Shown here: positions 19,940 to 28,789 of the stretch, piece after piece
Layout: each line of letters begins with the position of its first letter
Position numbering within the stretch: position 1 is the first letter of the stretch
Source of the DNA: Candidatus Bathyarchaeota archaeon
GTDB lineage: Archaea; Thermoproteota; Bathyarchaeia; Bathyarchaeales; Bathycorpusculaceae
Direction: 5' to 3'
Length of the DNA stretch: 64,000 nucleotides
Assembly: GCA_963702095.1 (NCBI GenBank)
Contig: OY969706.1
Location: 128,001 to 192,000 of the forward strand
Notes under the pieces: generated by a model
The model's input: only the letters and a program-made list of their open reading frames with translations
Told to the model about the DNA's origin: nothing
The model's database searches: none
Program-made: the position numbers and the translations under genes

Positions 19940-20881
19940 ATGGGCAACGTCCTCCAACCAACCCACAACGGCGAAAAACGCGACCTCACAACCATGCTAA
20001 AAACACTTGACTCCGAATGCCGAAACTGCGCCCCAACCTCACCGCTCGAATGCATAAACCGCTGCCAAGTCTACAAACTAAAAAATGAACTGCGAAAACT
20101 AAGAGAAGCCATGGATAACCCCAACTACATGAAAGAATTATTCAACGTCCTAAAAAACGAAACCAGACTCCACATCCTAAAAGCCATAGTTAACGGCAGA
20201 TACTCTGTCAGCCAACTCCAACAGGAACTCAAAAGACAGGGCCACTCGCACAGCCAAGACACCATAAGCGAAGAGTACATCCAACCCCTCATGGCAGTGG
20301 GTTTAGCCAACGAATCAAGAGAAGAATACTATGCCACCCACTTCGGCGGACGCTTAACCGAAATCCTCGCCTATTTCCCAGAATTTGCCGATGTACTGCC
20401 CGCACATTCAGAATGCTATGAAGAAACGCTTCTTAGAGCACTCTCCGCTGGACCGAAAACATTCGAAGACATAGAAGCCGTGGTTTCTCCAAAAATAGCC
20501 TCCAGAATACTAAAACGCCTACGTGAAGTCGGCTTAATCGAAACACCCGAAGAACGCGACTACATTTTCTTCTTTAAATCCAAACGTAACCCCGACAAAG
20601 AAACCTTCACTGGCACAGAACGGAAAGTCTACGACACCCTACACAACGAAGGCATCTCCGCTGGAAAACTATCCAAAGAGATGGGTTTGTCTATGAGACG
20701 CACCTACAAGTACCTGCGGGGATTGAAAGGAAAAAAACTTGTGTTCGTAAGAAAAACCCCCAAAGCCTACGGGTTAACCTGTAAAGGTGAAATGTTAGCC
20801 TCGGTGCTTGAGGGACTGCAAAAGGTAGTGGAGGAAACTTGGAGTTCCTCCCAGCAAGTCTTCTGCGGCACCAACGCATAA
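19940..20881 (+). CDS. Multi-winged-helix protein with N-terminal CxxC-x6-CxxxC motif
   Basis: CRNCAPTSPLECINRC followed by ArsR-like and two more wHTH-like repeats. Confidence 0.7.
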   Translation: MGNVLQPTHNGEKRDLTTMLKTLDSECRNCAPTSPLECINRCQVYKLKNELRKLREAMDNPNYMKELFNVLKNETRLHILKAIVNGRYSVSQLQQELKRQGHSHSQDTISEEYIQPLMAVGLANESREEYYATHFGGRLTEILAYFPEFADVLPAHSECYEETLLRALSAGPKTFEDIEAVVSPKIASRILKRLREVGLIETPEERDYIFFFKSKRNPDKETFTGTERKVYDTLHNEGISAGKLSKEMGLSMRRTYKYLRGLKGKKLVFVRKTPKAYGLTCKGEMLASVLEGLQKVVEETWSSSQQVFCGTNA

Positions 20882-20889
20882 GCCTTGTT

Positions 20890-21375
20890 TTAGCCGCCGC
20901 CTGGCGCGCCGTGGAAAGGCACGTTCTCCCAGAGCATTTTCCACCAGTCGTCTTCCGTTATGGTTTCTCCATGCACAATTATTTCCAAAGTCATCTTCAA
21001 CATGGCATGGTGGCGTATCTCGTCTTCGAGGATAGCTTTTAGGAGGAAAACGACTTTTTCATTTTTAATTTCTGGGATTTTTTCTTTGAGAATTTTTATG
21101 AGTTGGGCTTCGATTTCGATGTGTTTCTGTATGAGTGCTTTGTGGGTTTCGAGGTCTTCCTGCTTCAACGCGGTAGATGCGCTGGTCAGCAAAGTTATCG
21201 CTGAAGTGTAGAGTTCGGCATGCTTCACCGAATCCAACGAGACACCCTTCAATACGCCTTTGACAGCGGGGTTTTTCATATCCACCAACGCTTTCTCAAG
21301 GGACGCCACTATTTCTTTTTCTACAACTACTTGGTGCTTCAAGAATTCAATGAGATTATCGTCCTTTTTTTCCAT
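20890..21375 (-). CDS. Ferritin-like four-helix protein
   Basis: DSVKH and DEIRHH diiron-type motifs. Confidence 0.75.
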   Translation of the reverse strand: MEKKDDNLIEFLKHQVVVEKEIVASLEKALVDMKNPAVKGVLKGVSLDSVKHAELYTSAITLLTSASTALKQEDLETHKALIQKHIEIEAQLIKILKEKIPEIKNEKVVFLLKAILEDEIRHHAMLKMTLEIIVHGETITEDDWWKMLWENVPFHGAPGGG

Positions 21376-21398
21376 AGAATTACCCACAGCGTTTAATG

Positions 21399-21842
21399 TT
21401 AAACCAGATTCTTCAAGCTTTCGGATACCCTTTTCCCCAGGTCTCGACATGCGTCGAGAGCGGCTTGGTCGGGAATATATTTGACGTTTATCGGCGCCTC
21501 AGTGATTTGCATCTCAAACTTTGACTGCATGATGTCCTGCATCACTTTGGTTGCCTCTCCACTCCAGCCATAAGAGCCGAAGACCGCTCCGATTTTACCC
21601 TTCAAACTTATGCCTTGTGCCCCAGCTTCTTCGAAGAGGTTTTTGAAGTCCATCGGTATCTCTTTGCGGTAAGTTGGCGCGCCCACTATGATTGCGTCGT
21701 AACCAGTCAAATCTTTGGGTTCCACATGGTAGTCCAATTGCACTTCTACGCCGTTGACGCTTTGGGCACCTTCTGCGACGGCTTTAGCCATCTTCTCAGT
21801 GTTTCCACTGCGGCTATAATACAATACAAGTACTTTCTTCAT
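21399..21842 (-). CDS. Flavodoxin-domain protein
   Basis: YYSRSGNTEKMA, GAPTY, FGSYGWSG. Confidence 0.9.
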   Translation of the reverse strand: MKKVLVLYYSRSGNTEKMAKAVAEGAQSVNGVEVQLDYHVEPKDLTGYDAIIVGAPTYRKEIPMDFKNLFEEAGAQGISLKGKIGAVFGSYGWSGEATKVMQDIMQSKFEMQITEAPINVKYIPDQAALDACRDLGKRVSESLKNLV

Positions 21843-21904
21843 AACACCAAATAAGCGCTAAAATATATTTCAATGTTTTGAAAAACTAAAAGGAAAAAGC
21901 GGCA

Positions 21905-22153
21905 TCAAAGCTTAACCGTTGTGTAACTTTTCGGTTTGCCTCCTTTAGCCGCTTTGTTTTCTCTGCTTTCGCCACCCTTTTGTCCAATCGCCCGGTAAAA
22001 CTCTGAACCCCGCTGCTCAGCCACTTTTTCACCGCCCTTCTTTCCAATCTGACGATAGAATTCCGAGCCTCTTTCTCTAGCAACTTTTTCTCCTCCGATT
22101 CTGCCGGCTTCCTGTCGAGTCATTTTTCTTTTCTCTTCATTTTTGGTCGACAA
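21905..22153 (-). CDS. KGG-repeat / GsiB-Em-like stress hydrophilin 1
   Basis: MTRQEAGRIGG, FYRQIGKKGG-type repeats; TTG start after GGAGGTGA. Confidence 0.85.
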   Translation of the reverse strand: MSTKNEEKRKMTRQEAGRIGGEKVARERGSEFYRQIGKKGGEKVAEQRGSEFYRAIGQKGGESRENKAAKGGKPKSYTTVKL

Positions 22154-22282
22154 TTCCTTTTCACCTCCGAAACAAAAACTATCTATGTCTAATCTTTTAG
22201 AAAGCCTGTGGTTCATCGAGTAATTGTAAACATGTGTAATCAGGGCTAAACCACATGACGGAAAACCAAAAAACAATAAAAC

Positions 22283-22567
22283 TTATTCTATTTTGCCTAT
22301 TTCCTTAGTTATATCGATAGGCGAATGATAGGTTTTATCAGGAAGCTTATTTATTAGGTTCATGACGTCGTCGGGTGCTTCCTTGTTTTGTGCGTTGGTG
22401 ACTAATTTCTGTTTTTCCGCTGGGTAATGCATGCCCGCTAAGTATTTTTCGACGATTGCTGGGCTAACATGCCCCGATCTGCCGCTGCGGTCGGTGTATT
22501 GCCTTCTTGTTCCTCTGCCTTGGCCTATGCCTCGACGTCGTGCGGTGGTTACTTCTGTGTCACTCGT
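22283..22567 (-). CDS. DUF2795-family protein (absent from ORF track; apparent ACG start)
   Basis: SPAIVEKYLAGMHYPAEKQKLVTNAQNKEAPDDVMNLINKLPDKTYHSPIDITKEIG; GGAGGTG lies 7 nt upstream of an in-frame ACG. Confidence 0.8.
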   Translation of the reverse strand, partial: TSDTEVTTARRRGIGQGRGTRRQYTDRSGRSGHVSPAIVEKYLAGMHYPAEKQKLVTNAQNKEAPDDVMNLINKLPDKTYHSPIDITKEIGKIE

Positions 22568-22632
22568 TGTGTTCCACCTCCGATTTTGTTAAAAAATAAA
22601 TTTGGGAAAAGAAAGGAAAGAGAAGGCTTATT

Positions 22633-22800
22633 TTATTCATTTTCGTATTCCTTTCCTTCTTCGATGAGTTTTTTGACTTTTTGACCGCCTTTGTGACCGA
22701 TTTCACTGTAGAATTCTTCTCCATGGGTTTCAGAGGTTTTTTCACCTCCCATGCGGCCAGCTTCTTCAACGGTCATTTTTCCTTTCTTTTTATCAGACAA
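22633..22800 (-). CDS. KGG/GsiB-like hydrophilin 2 (55 aa; absent from ORF track)
   Basis: MSDKKKGKMTVEEAGRMGGEKTSETHGEEFYSEIGHKGGQKVKKLIEEGKEYENE. Confidence 0.88.
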   Translation of the reverse strand: MSDKKKGKMTVEEAGRMGGEKTSETHGEEFYSEIGHKGGQKVKKLIEEGKEYENE

Positions 22801-22852
22801 TCAATTTTCACCTCCATAAACTCGACTTGGGAACAACTCTGATAGAAACCGG

Positions 22853-23035
22853 TTATTCTTCTTCGTGCTCCTTTCCTTCTTGGATTAGCCTTCGGACTTT
22901 TTGCCCACCTTTGTGTCCAATTTCCTCGTAGAATTCTCTGCCATGGGTTTCAGCGGTTCTCCGCCCACCTTTTTGACCGCCCATGCGACCAGCTTCTTCA
23001 ACGCTCATTGTTCCCTTTTTCCGTTCATCAGCCAA
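22853..23035 (-). CDS. KGG/GsiB-like hydrophilin 3
   Basis: MSVEEAGRMGGQKGG...THGREFYEEIGHKGGQKV. Confidence 0.88.
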   Translation of the reverse strand: MADERKKGTMSVEEAGRMGGQKGGRRTAETHGREFYEEIGHKGGQKVRRLIQEGKEHEEE

Positions 23036-23107
23036 CAAATTCACCTCCTATTGGCGAACAAATAATTCAAAGGATAGCCTGTTCCTTTCAAAAGGGATTT
23101 TTAGAAG

Positions 23108-23359
23108 TTACTCTTCTTCGTGTTCTTTGCCTTCCTCGATTAGTTTCCTCACGCGTTGTCCGCCTCTGTGTCCTGCTTCTTCTAGGCTGGTTTTGCCCTT
23201 TGCCTCGGTTGTGCCTTCATGTTGCTTTGCGCGTTCTGATCCGCCTTTGCTTCCGATTTCGCTGTAGAATTCTGGTCCGTGAGTTTCAGAGGTTTTCTCT
23301 CCTCCCATGCGGCCAGCTTCTTCAACGGTCATCTTTCCTTTCTTTTTGTCTTCGTTCAA
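23108..23359 (-). CDS. KGG/GsiB-like hydrophilin 4
   Basis: MTVEEAGRMGG...HGPEFYSEIGSKGG...EEAGHRGGQRV. Confidence 0.88.
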   Translation of the reverse strand: MNEDKKKGKMTVEEAGRMGGEKTSETHGPEFYSEIGSKGGSERAKQHEGTTEAKGKTSLEEAGHRGGQRVRKLIEEGKEHEEE

Positions 23360-23541
23360 ACATTTCACCTCCAAAAAAAGTTAAACGGTAGCTTTTCTTC
23401 ATTGTCCTAGCCCAAAGCAAACTTCATAAAGATATGTGGCTGTCCTTTTACAGCAACAGCAAAAAAAATCCTAATTTAACTATAAATCATCTATATTTCG
23501 ATAAAAAAGAAAAACAATTTGGGAGGGATACAATCCATCAG

Positions 23542-23730
23542 TTACTCTTCTTCGTGAGCTTTGCCTTCCTCTATCAGTTTTCGAACTCGTTGCCCGCCTT
23601 TTGGTCCACCGATTCTTCCGCCTTTGCGTCCTATTTCACTGTAGAATTCTTCTCCGTGTGTTTCAGAAGTTTTAAGTCCTCCTCTGCGACCTGCCTCTTC
23701 GACTGTCATTTTCCCTTTTTTCTCCTCCAA
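23542..23730 (-). CDS. KGG/GsiB-like hydrophilin 5
   Basis: MTVEEAGRRGG...HGEEFYSEIGRKGG. Confidence 0.88.
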   Translation of the reverse strand: MEEKKGKMTVEEAGRRGGLKTSETHGEEFYSEIGRKGGRIGGPKGGQRVRKLIEEGKAHEEE

Positions 23731-23805
23731 AAAATTCACCTCCATTAAAAAATTAAATTAAATTATAGAAAAACAAGCATTAACTTTTTAAAAGCTACTT
23801 TTTGC

Positions 23806-24123
23806 TTAGTCGCCTTCATGCTCCTTTCCTGCTTGGATTAGGCGTCGAACGCGTTGTCCGCCTCTGTGTCCTGCTTCTTCTAGGCTGGTTTTGCCCTCTG
23901 CCTCGGCTGTGCCTTCATGTTGCTTTGCGCGTTCTGATCCGCCTTTGCTTCCGATTTCGCTGTAGAATTCTGGTCCGCGTTCAGATGAGACTTTTTCTCC
24001 TCCTTTGCGTCCGATTTCCTCGTAGAATTCGCGGCCGTGGGTTGAAGCGGTTTTTTGCCCTCCTTTTCGTCCTGCCTCTGCAACGGTCATTTTGCCTTTT
24101 CTTTCTTCAGTTCGTGTACTCAA
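23806..24123 (-). CDS. KGG/GsiB-like hydrophilin 6
   Basis: MTVAEAGRKGG...HGREFYEEIGRKGG...FYSEIGSKGG. Confidence 0.88.
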   Translation of the reverse strand: MSTRTEERKGKMTVAEAGRKGGQKTASTHGREFYEEIGRKGGEKVSSERGPEFYSEIGSKGGSERAKQHEGTAEAEGKTSLEEAGHRGGQRVRRLIQAGKEHEGD

Positions 24124-24342
24124 AAAATTCACCTCCTACTATACTACGGAAAAGTAAACAAGAATAGAGCCGAATAACCGCTCATAAACATATGTTGTTG
24201 TCGGATGGCAGTAACATGCCAACTCAGCCACCGCAGAAGTACAAAAGCATGTATATTTACACAAAAAACAGCTAACAATATGGATGCTGAGGAGAATGCT
24301 GTGGAGGAGTTACCTTAAATTTGGCTTTGTTTTGGCTTTTTG

Positions 24343-24470
24343 TATTGTTTGTTGCTGCAGAAAACCGCCTATACACAACAACAACCAATGGTTTGAGGGA
24401 AACGTTGGTTTTGGCGGCTGATTGAGGACCAGGCTGTGAGCTTGTTGTGGCTGATTTGGCAAGCAGAGCG
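24343..24470 (-). repeat. Dispersed repeat module B, copy 3
   Basis: Reverse complement GCCACAACAAGC...CAGCCGCC...GGTTGTTGTTGTGTATAGGcggttttctgCAGCAACAAACAA. Confidence 0.85.
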
Positions 24471-24586
24471 AAATCACCCATCACCCACAGCAACCAAACC
24501 GACTTCACAGCCTTCATAAAAAACCAAAACAACCAACAAACCCACAACACCGACCAACACAAACCTAAAACACGTAACTATAGTGT

Positions 24587-24943
24587 TTGAAGGTTGTGGC
24601 GGCGTTGAAGTTGTGGTGTGATCGTGGTTATCGGGAGGTGGAGTTTAGTGTGCCGTTGACGTGGGGTAGGAAAAAGTTTTTTGTTGATGTTTTGGCGAGG
24701 AAGGGGGATGGGGTGGTTGGGGTTGAGTGTATGCCGAGCCTTAATTTGGGGTGGTTGCGTGGGCGGATGGTGTTGTTGCGTCGCTGTTTGGGTCCAGACA
24801 CATATTTTGTTATTGTTTTTCCCTCAACGGTGGGTAAGCGGGTGGATAGGGCTGCTTTTTTGGCTGATAAGGTCTGGGTGACCGACGAGGACAACGGCAA
24901 GGTGGAGCGTATGATGTTTGTTTCGGTCTGTCACAAAGAATAG
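24587..24943 (+). CDS. Putative PD-(D/E)XK nuclease-fold protein
   Basis: FVDVLARKGDGVVGVEC core and ADKVWV strand; very G/T-rich coding. Confidence 0.5.
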   Translation: MKVVAALKLWCDRGYREVEFSVPLTWGRKKFFVDVLARKGDGVVGVECMPSLNLGWLRGRMVLLRRCLGPDTYFVIVFPSTVGKRVDRAAFLADKVWVTDEDNGKVERMMFVSVCHKE

Positions 24944-25003
24944 AGAGAACCCGCTGGTTTCAGCAATTTAAATATCAGGCAGGAGCAACGATATAGCCTG
25001 TGG

Positions 25004-26494
25004 GTGCACTCAATGAAGGTTCTCCTGATTAATCCGCCGCAGACGTTTTTTGCGGGTTCCGAGCCCCCCGCAGGCAACTTACCCATAGGCCTGATGTATT
25101 TAGCGGCGGTGCTGCAAAGAGCCCACGTCCAAGTAGAAATCCTCGACGCCTTCTTCACAGGAGGCGAATTCAAAGAGAACGATGAAACCCAGACAGTCGG
25201 CTTACCCATCGAAAAAATAAAACAGGAAATCCAAAACAGAAACCCAGACATCGTGGGAATCGCAGGACCCTTCACCTGCCAAATCGAAAACACAATCAAA
25301 GTCTGCGTGGCAGCCAAAGAAGTCAACCCCAATATCCTAACCGTTGTCGGTGGACCCCACGTAACCTTGGTTCCCAAAGAGTTCCTAGACGAAGTCAAAA
25401 CCGCAGATATAGCCGTCGTCGGGGAAGGCGAGTATACGTTGCTTGAAATCGTCCAGCATTTCGAAGACAAAAAACCCTTAAACGACATCAAAGGGGTCGC
25501 TTTCCGCCAAAACGGCGTGGTCACCGTTAATCCGCCTCGCCCATTCATTACTAATTTGGATGAATTGCCCTATCCCGCCTACGACCTAGTCGATATGGAA
25601 CAGTACCTAAACCCAGTGCACATAGGGTACCGCAGCTTCCAAAACCGCGCCATATCCATGATAACCAGCCGCGGATGCCCCTTCAACTGCTGCTTCTGCG
25701 CCGTTCACCTCCACATGGGACAAGGCTTCCGCGCCCACTCAGCCCAATACGTCCTAGACCACATACAATTCGTAGTGGACAAATTCAAAGTCAAAAACAT
25801 CTTTTTCGAAGACGACAACTTAACCCTTGACCTCAAACGCTTCGAAGCCATATGCGACGGCTTAATCGAACGCAAAATCCACGTCGGCTGGGAAACCCCC
25901 AACGGAGTCCGCGCAGACTGCCTCAACATGGAGTTGCTAAAGAAAATGAAGCGGTCAGGCGTCAAAAGCATCTTTGTCGGCGTTGAATCGGGGGACCAGC
26001 AAATCCTCGACAAAGTCATCTGCAAAAGCCTCGACCTCAACAAAGTGGTAGAGTTTGCGAAGAATAGCCATGAACTCGGGTTAAAAACAGGCGCTTTCTA
26101 CATAATCGGGTTCCCCGGTGAGACCAAAGAGAATATGCAGCGGACAGTCGATTTTGCTTTGATGCTTAAGCGTAAGTATGATGTGGGTATGCACCTCTTT
26201 GCTGCGACGCCCAGCTATGGCACCCGACTCTATGAAGAATGCAAAGCCAAAGGCTATTTGCCATCTGATTTGACTTGGAACAGTTTTGCCCAGGCACGTC
26301 AGGCAAAGGGGTTGCCGCTGATTGCAACCAACGAGTTTACGCCGGGGGAAGTCAAGGAGATTGCGGCTGAGGCGTTGGCACAGTACAAGAAGCTATCGTT
26401 GATGGGTCACGTTAAGCATCCGAGGAAGGCTCTAAGGACCATGTTTGATCAGCCGCAGTTGATTGTTAAATACCTTAAAAACCTTGTTTCGTAG
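25004..26494 (+). CDS. B12-binding domain radical SAM protein
   Basis: VLLINPP, GGPHVT, GEGE, TSRGCPFNCCFC. Confidence 0.92.
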   Translation: MHSMKVLLINPPQTFFAGSEPPAGNLPIGLMYLAAVLQRAHVQVEILDAFFTGGEFKENDETQTVGLPIEKIKQEIQNRNPDIVGIAGPFTCQIENTIKVCVAAKEVNPNILTVVGGPHVTLVPKEFLDEVKTADIAVVGEGEYTLLEIVQHFEDKKPLNDIKGVAFRQNGVVTVNPPRPFITNLDELPYPAYDLVDMEQYLNPVHIGYRSFQNRAISMITSRGCPFNCCFCAVHLHMGQGFRAHSAQYVLDHIQFVVDKFKVKNIFFEDDNLTLDLKRFEAICDGLIERKIHVGWETPNGVRADCLNMELLKKMKRSGVKSIFVGVESGDQQILDKVICKSLDLNKVVEFAKNSHELGLKTGAFYIIGFPGETKENMQRTVDFALMLKRKYDVGMHLFAATPSYGTRLYEECKAKGYLPSDLTWNSFAQARQAKGLPLIATNEFTPGEVKEIAAEALAQYKKLSLMGHVKHPRKALRTMFDQPQLIVKYLKNLVS

Positions 26495-26605
26495 TTTTCG
26501 GCAGCTAAATAGGCACAGAACATTGTGCTGTATAGTAGCCATTTGTATGCCAAGATTTATATTTGAACACATCCGATAGAATATATAAACTAGGCGATTT
26601 GCAGA

Positions 26606-26872
26606 ATGAAACGTCACGAAGCAATCAATTGCCTAAGAGAAATCAACAACTCCTGCTACAAGATCAACAACTCCTGCTACAACATGTCCCCTGCTTTTGT
26701 CGCTCTCATGAATTCTAAACGAGACGACCAACTATCAATCGGGTACCAAGTGCACATACAAGGAGTGCTGGATCATGATTCAAGAGCCAAAATCCTCGAT
26801 ATCCTCAAAAAATACGGTTTGGCACTAAGCGAAGAACCCAACAAAATAGTTATCTACAAACCGAAACGGTAG
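26606..26872 (+). CDS. Hypothetical protein with a 21-nt in-frame tandem duplication
   Basis: INNSCYK/INNSCYN at 26642-26683. Confidence 0.6.
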   Translation: MKRHEAINCLREINNSCYKINNSCYNMSPAFVALMNSKRDDQLSIGYQVHIQGVLDHDSRAKILDILKKYGLALSEEPNKIVIYKPKR

Positions 26873-26888
26873 CAAAGCCGAAAAAAGA

Positions 26889-26967
26889 TGGCGGGCCCGC
26901 TGGGATTTGAACCCAGGATTCTCGGCTCCGGAGGCCTGATGCCTTATCCGTACTAGACTACGAGCCC
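26889..26967 (-). tRNA. tRNA-Arg(CCG), CCA encoded
   Basis: Reverse complement GGGCTCGTAGTCTAG...GGC-CTCCGGA-GCC...GGTTCAAATCC...CGGGCCCGCCA. Confidence 0.9.
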
Positions 26968-27007
26968 ACAAGGCGAAACAAACTGAACTTCCCGATTTAA
27001 AGATAAC

Positions 27008-27523
27008 TTATTCTTGGATAATCTCTTGGTCTATCCACCAAGCCTTCTTCTTCCCCGACCGCTCACCAGCATAGTATTCGATGATGGATTTGCCCGCTTG
27101 CTTCTTGCTGTTGCGCTCGATTTTCTGCAGCCTGTTTAGCACCAGCCAACGGTTGGTTTTGAGGTAATCTGCCAATTCGGGGGTGGTTGCGGATTTGTAG
27201 TTTAGGAGGTATTCGATGATTTTGCGGTCGAAGTCGTCGAGGGCGTATTGGTAGGGGTTGATTTTGCCATGTTGGAACGTGAGGATTTCGAGGTCAGAGA
27301 GGTACTTTTTGATTTGACCAAACTGCTCTTCAAGCTGTGCCATGCGACCTTCGAGGGCTAAGAGTTTGTCGGGTCTGGGGGTTTTCTGCAGTTTCTCATG
27401 GATGGCTTCGCGGATAAAGTCGCTTCTGTCGCCCTCAGGGATACGCAGTGCCATCTCCTGGTAGACTTCTTCAGGCAGTTTAACCGTTACTATTCTAGGG
27501 TTACCCAATGCTAGCCCTCGCAT
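27008..27523 (-). CDS. Ribbon-helix-helix + coiled coil + wHTH regulator
   Basis: IVTVKLPEE...RSDFIREAI (RHH); ATTPELADYL (HTH); start probably near 27508. Confidence 0.75.
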   Translation of the reverse strand: MRGLALGNPRIVTVKLPEEVYQEMALRIPEGDRSDFIREAIHEKLQKTPRPDKLLALEGRMAQLEEQFGQIKKYLSDLEILTFQHGKINPYQYALDDFDRKIIEYLLNYKSATTPELADYLKTNRWLVLNRLQKIERNSKKQAGKSIIEYYAGERSGKKKAWWIDQEIIQE

Positions 27524-27654
27524 GGAGATTATGGCACTTTAATTATTTCATAGTTTCCCTTAGCTGGTTAACTGCAATACGGTGCTTTGGGCATATCATG
27601 CTAGTGCTGCTTGCATTGCGCTATGTTGCTGTTCAAGTGGAGAAAAAAGCAAAT

Positions 27655-27760
27655 GATACATGGTTTCACACACATCCTGACCGCTTCAACATAGAACCAT
27701 GCACCGCTTGTGGAGAAAAACACCATTGCCACACCCACATAAAGAGAGAAAAACGAAAAA
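27655..27760 (+). repeat. Dispersed repeat module A, copy 2 (internal deletion)
   Basis: CATGGTTTCACAC...TTCAACATAGAACCATGC...TGTGGAGAAAAAC...GCCACACCCACATAAAGAG; the segment between two GCCACACC repeats is missing. Confidence 0.8.
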
Positions 27761-27873
27761 ATGCTTCAGCCTACCGCAACCCAACGCTAAAACAGCGTTG
27801 TTACATTTGTTGTTTCCCATCTAGCAATACAAATTTATTTGAGGGAAAACAAGATTACACCTACGGTGAAAAA

Positions 27874-28789
27874 ATGACCGATTGGTCTAACAAGGATTTG
27901 TTGATTTTAGCGTTTGATCATCGCGCTTCTTTTATCGAAAAATTGTTCGGTATCAAAGGGCGTGCCCCGACAGTTGAAGAGAGAAAAGCCATTGAAGAAG
28001 CCAAGCAAATAATTTTTGAAGGCTTCAAGTTGGCGCTTGAGCGGAAGGTTCCCAAAAACATGGCTGGCTTGCTGGTTGACGAAGAATTCGGCGCAGAGAT
28101 TTTACGGGAAGCCAAAAAAGACGGCTTCAACTTTGCCATGCCTGCAGAGAAATCGGGGCAAGAAGAATTTGACTTCGAATACGGCGGCCAATTCGCCAAG
28201 CACATCGAAGAATTCGACCCCACCTTCCTCAAAGTATTGGTCCGCTACAACCCAGAAAGCGACCCCACACTAAACAAACGCCAACTTGAGAGACTAAAGA
28301 TACTCAGCAATTACCTCGCAAAGAACAACCGAACCTTCCTCTTCGAACTCATCGTCCCCGCCACACCCGAGCAACTTGCAAAGGTAGGCGGCCGAAAAAT
28401 CAGCTTACGACACCCAGTTGCGCCCTAAACTCATGTGTGAATGCCTAAAGCAAATCCAAGACGCCGGCGTGGAACCAGCCATCTGGAAACTCGAAGGCGT
28501 CGAAGACCCAGAAGACGCCAAAGCCATAGTTGCCCAAGCCCAAGCGGGCGGACGCAAAGTAGGCGTCATCACACTGGGGCGCGGCGAATCCAAAGACAAA
28601 GTCAAGGAGTGGTTGGCAGTGGGCGCCAAAATCCCTGGTATCATCGGCTTCGCTGTGGGACGAACCATATTCTGGGATCCACTCGTTGAATTTAGGGCAG
28701 GCAAAGCAGATAGGAAAGTTGTAAGCGAGAAAATTGCTCAGAACTACATTGAATTTGTAGAACTCTGGCAAAACGAAAGGAAAAAGTGA
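27874..28789 (+). CDS. DUF2090 / class I aldolase-like TIM-barrel protein, with a 1-nt frameshift near 28393
   Basis: LILAFDHR, KVLVRYNP, WKLEG, LGRG, GFAVGRTIFW. Confidence 0.8.

Noticed and set aside
21905-24123. Repetitive region as a CRISPR array or satellite
   Set aside because: The repeats are in-frame protein modules with synonymous variation and their own SD sites.
24272-24562. ORFs containing LVVVVYR, WLLLCIG or PIHNNNQ (also 45527-45754, 63151-63507, 63156-63455)
   Set aside because: They are translations of repeat module B in different frames, with no consistent start or frame.
26642-26683. 21-nt in-frame tandem duplication
   Set aside because: Real in the sequence, but a simple two-copy slippage or assembly event with no wider pattern.
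27508-27873. Long N-terminal extension of the DUF2090 ORF
   Set aside because: It runs through repeat module A; the likely start is the ATG at 27874 after GGTGA.
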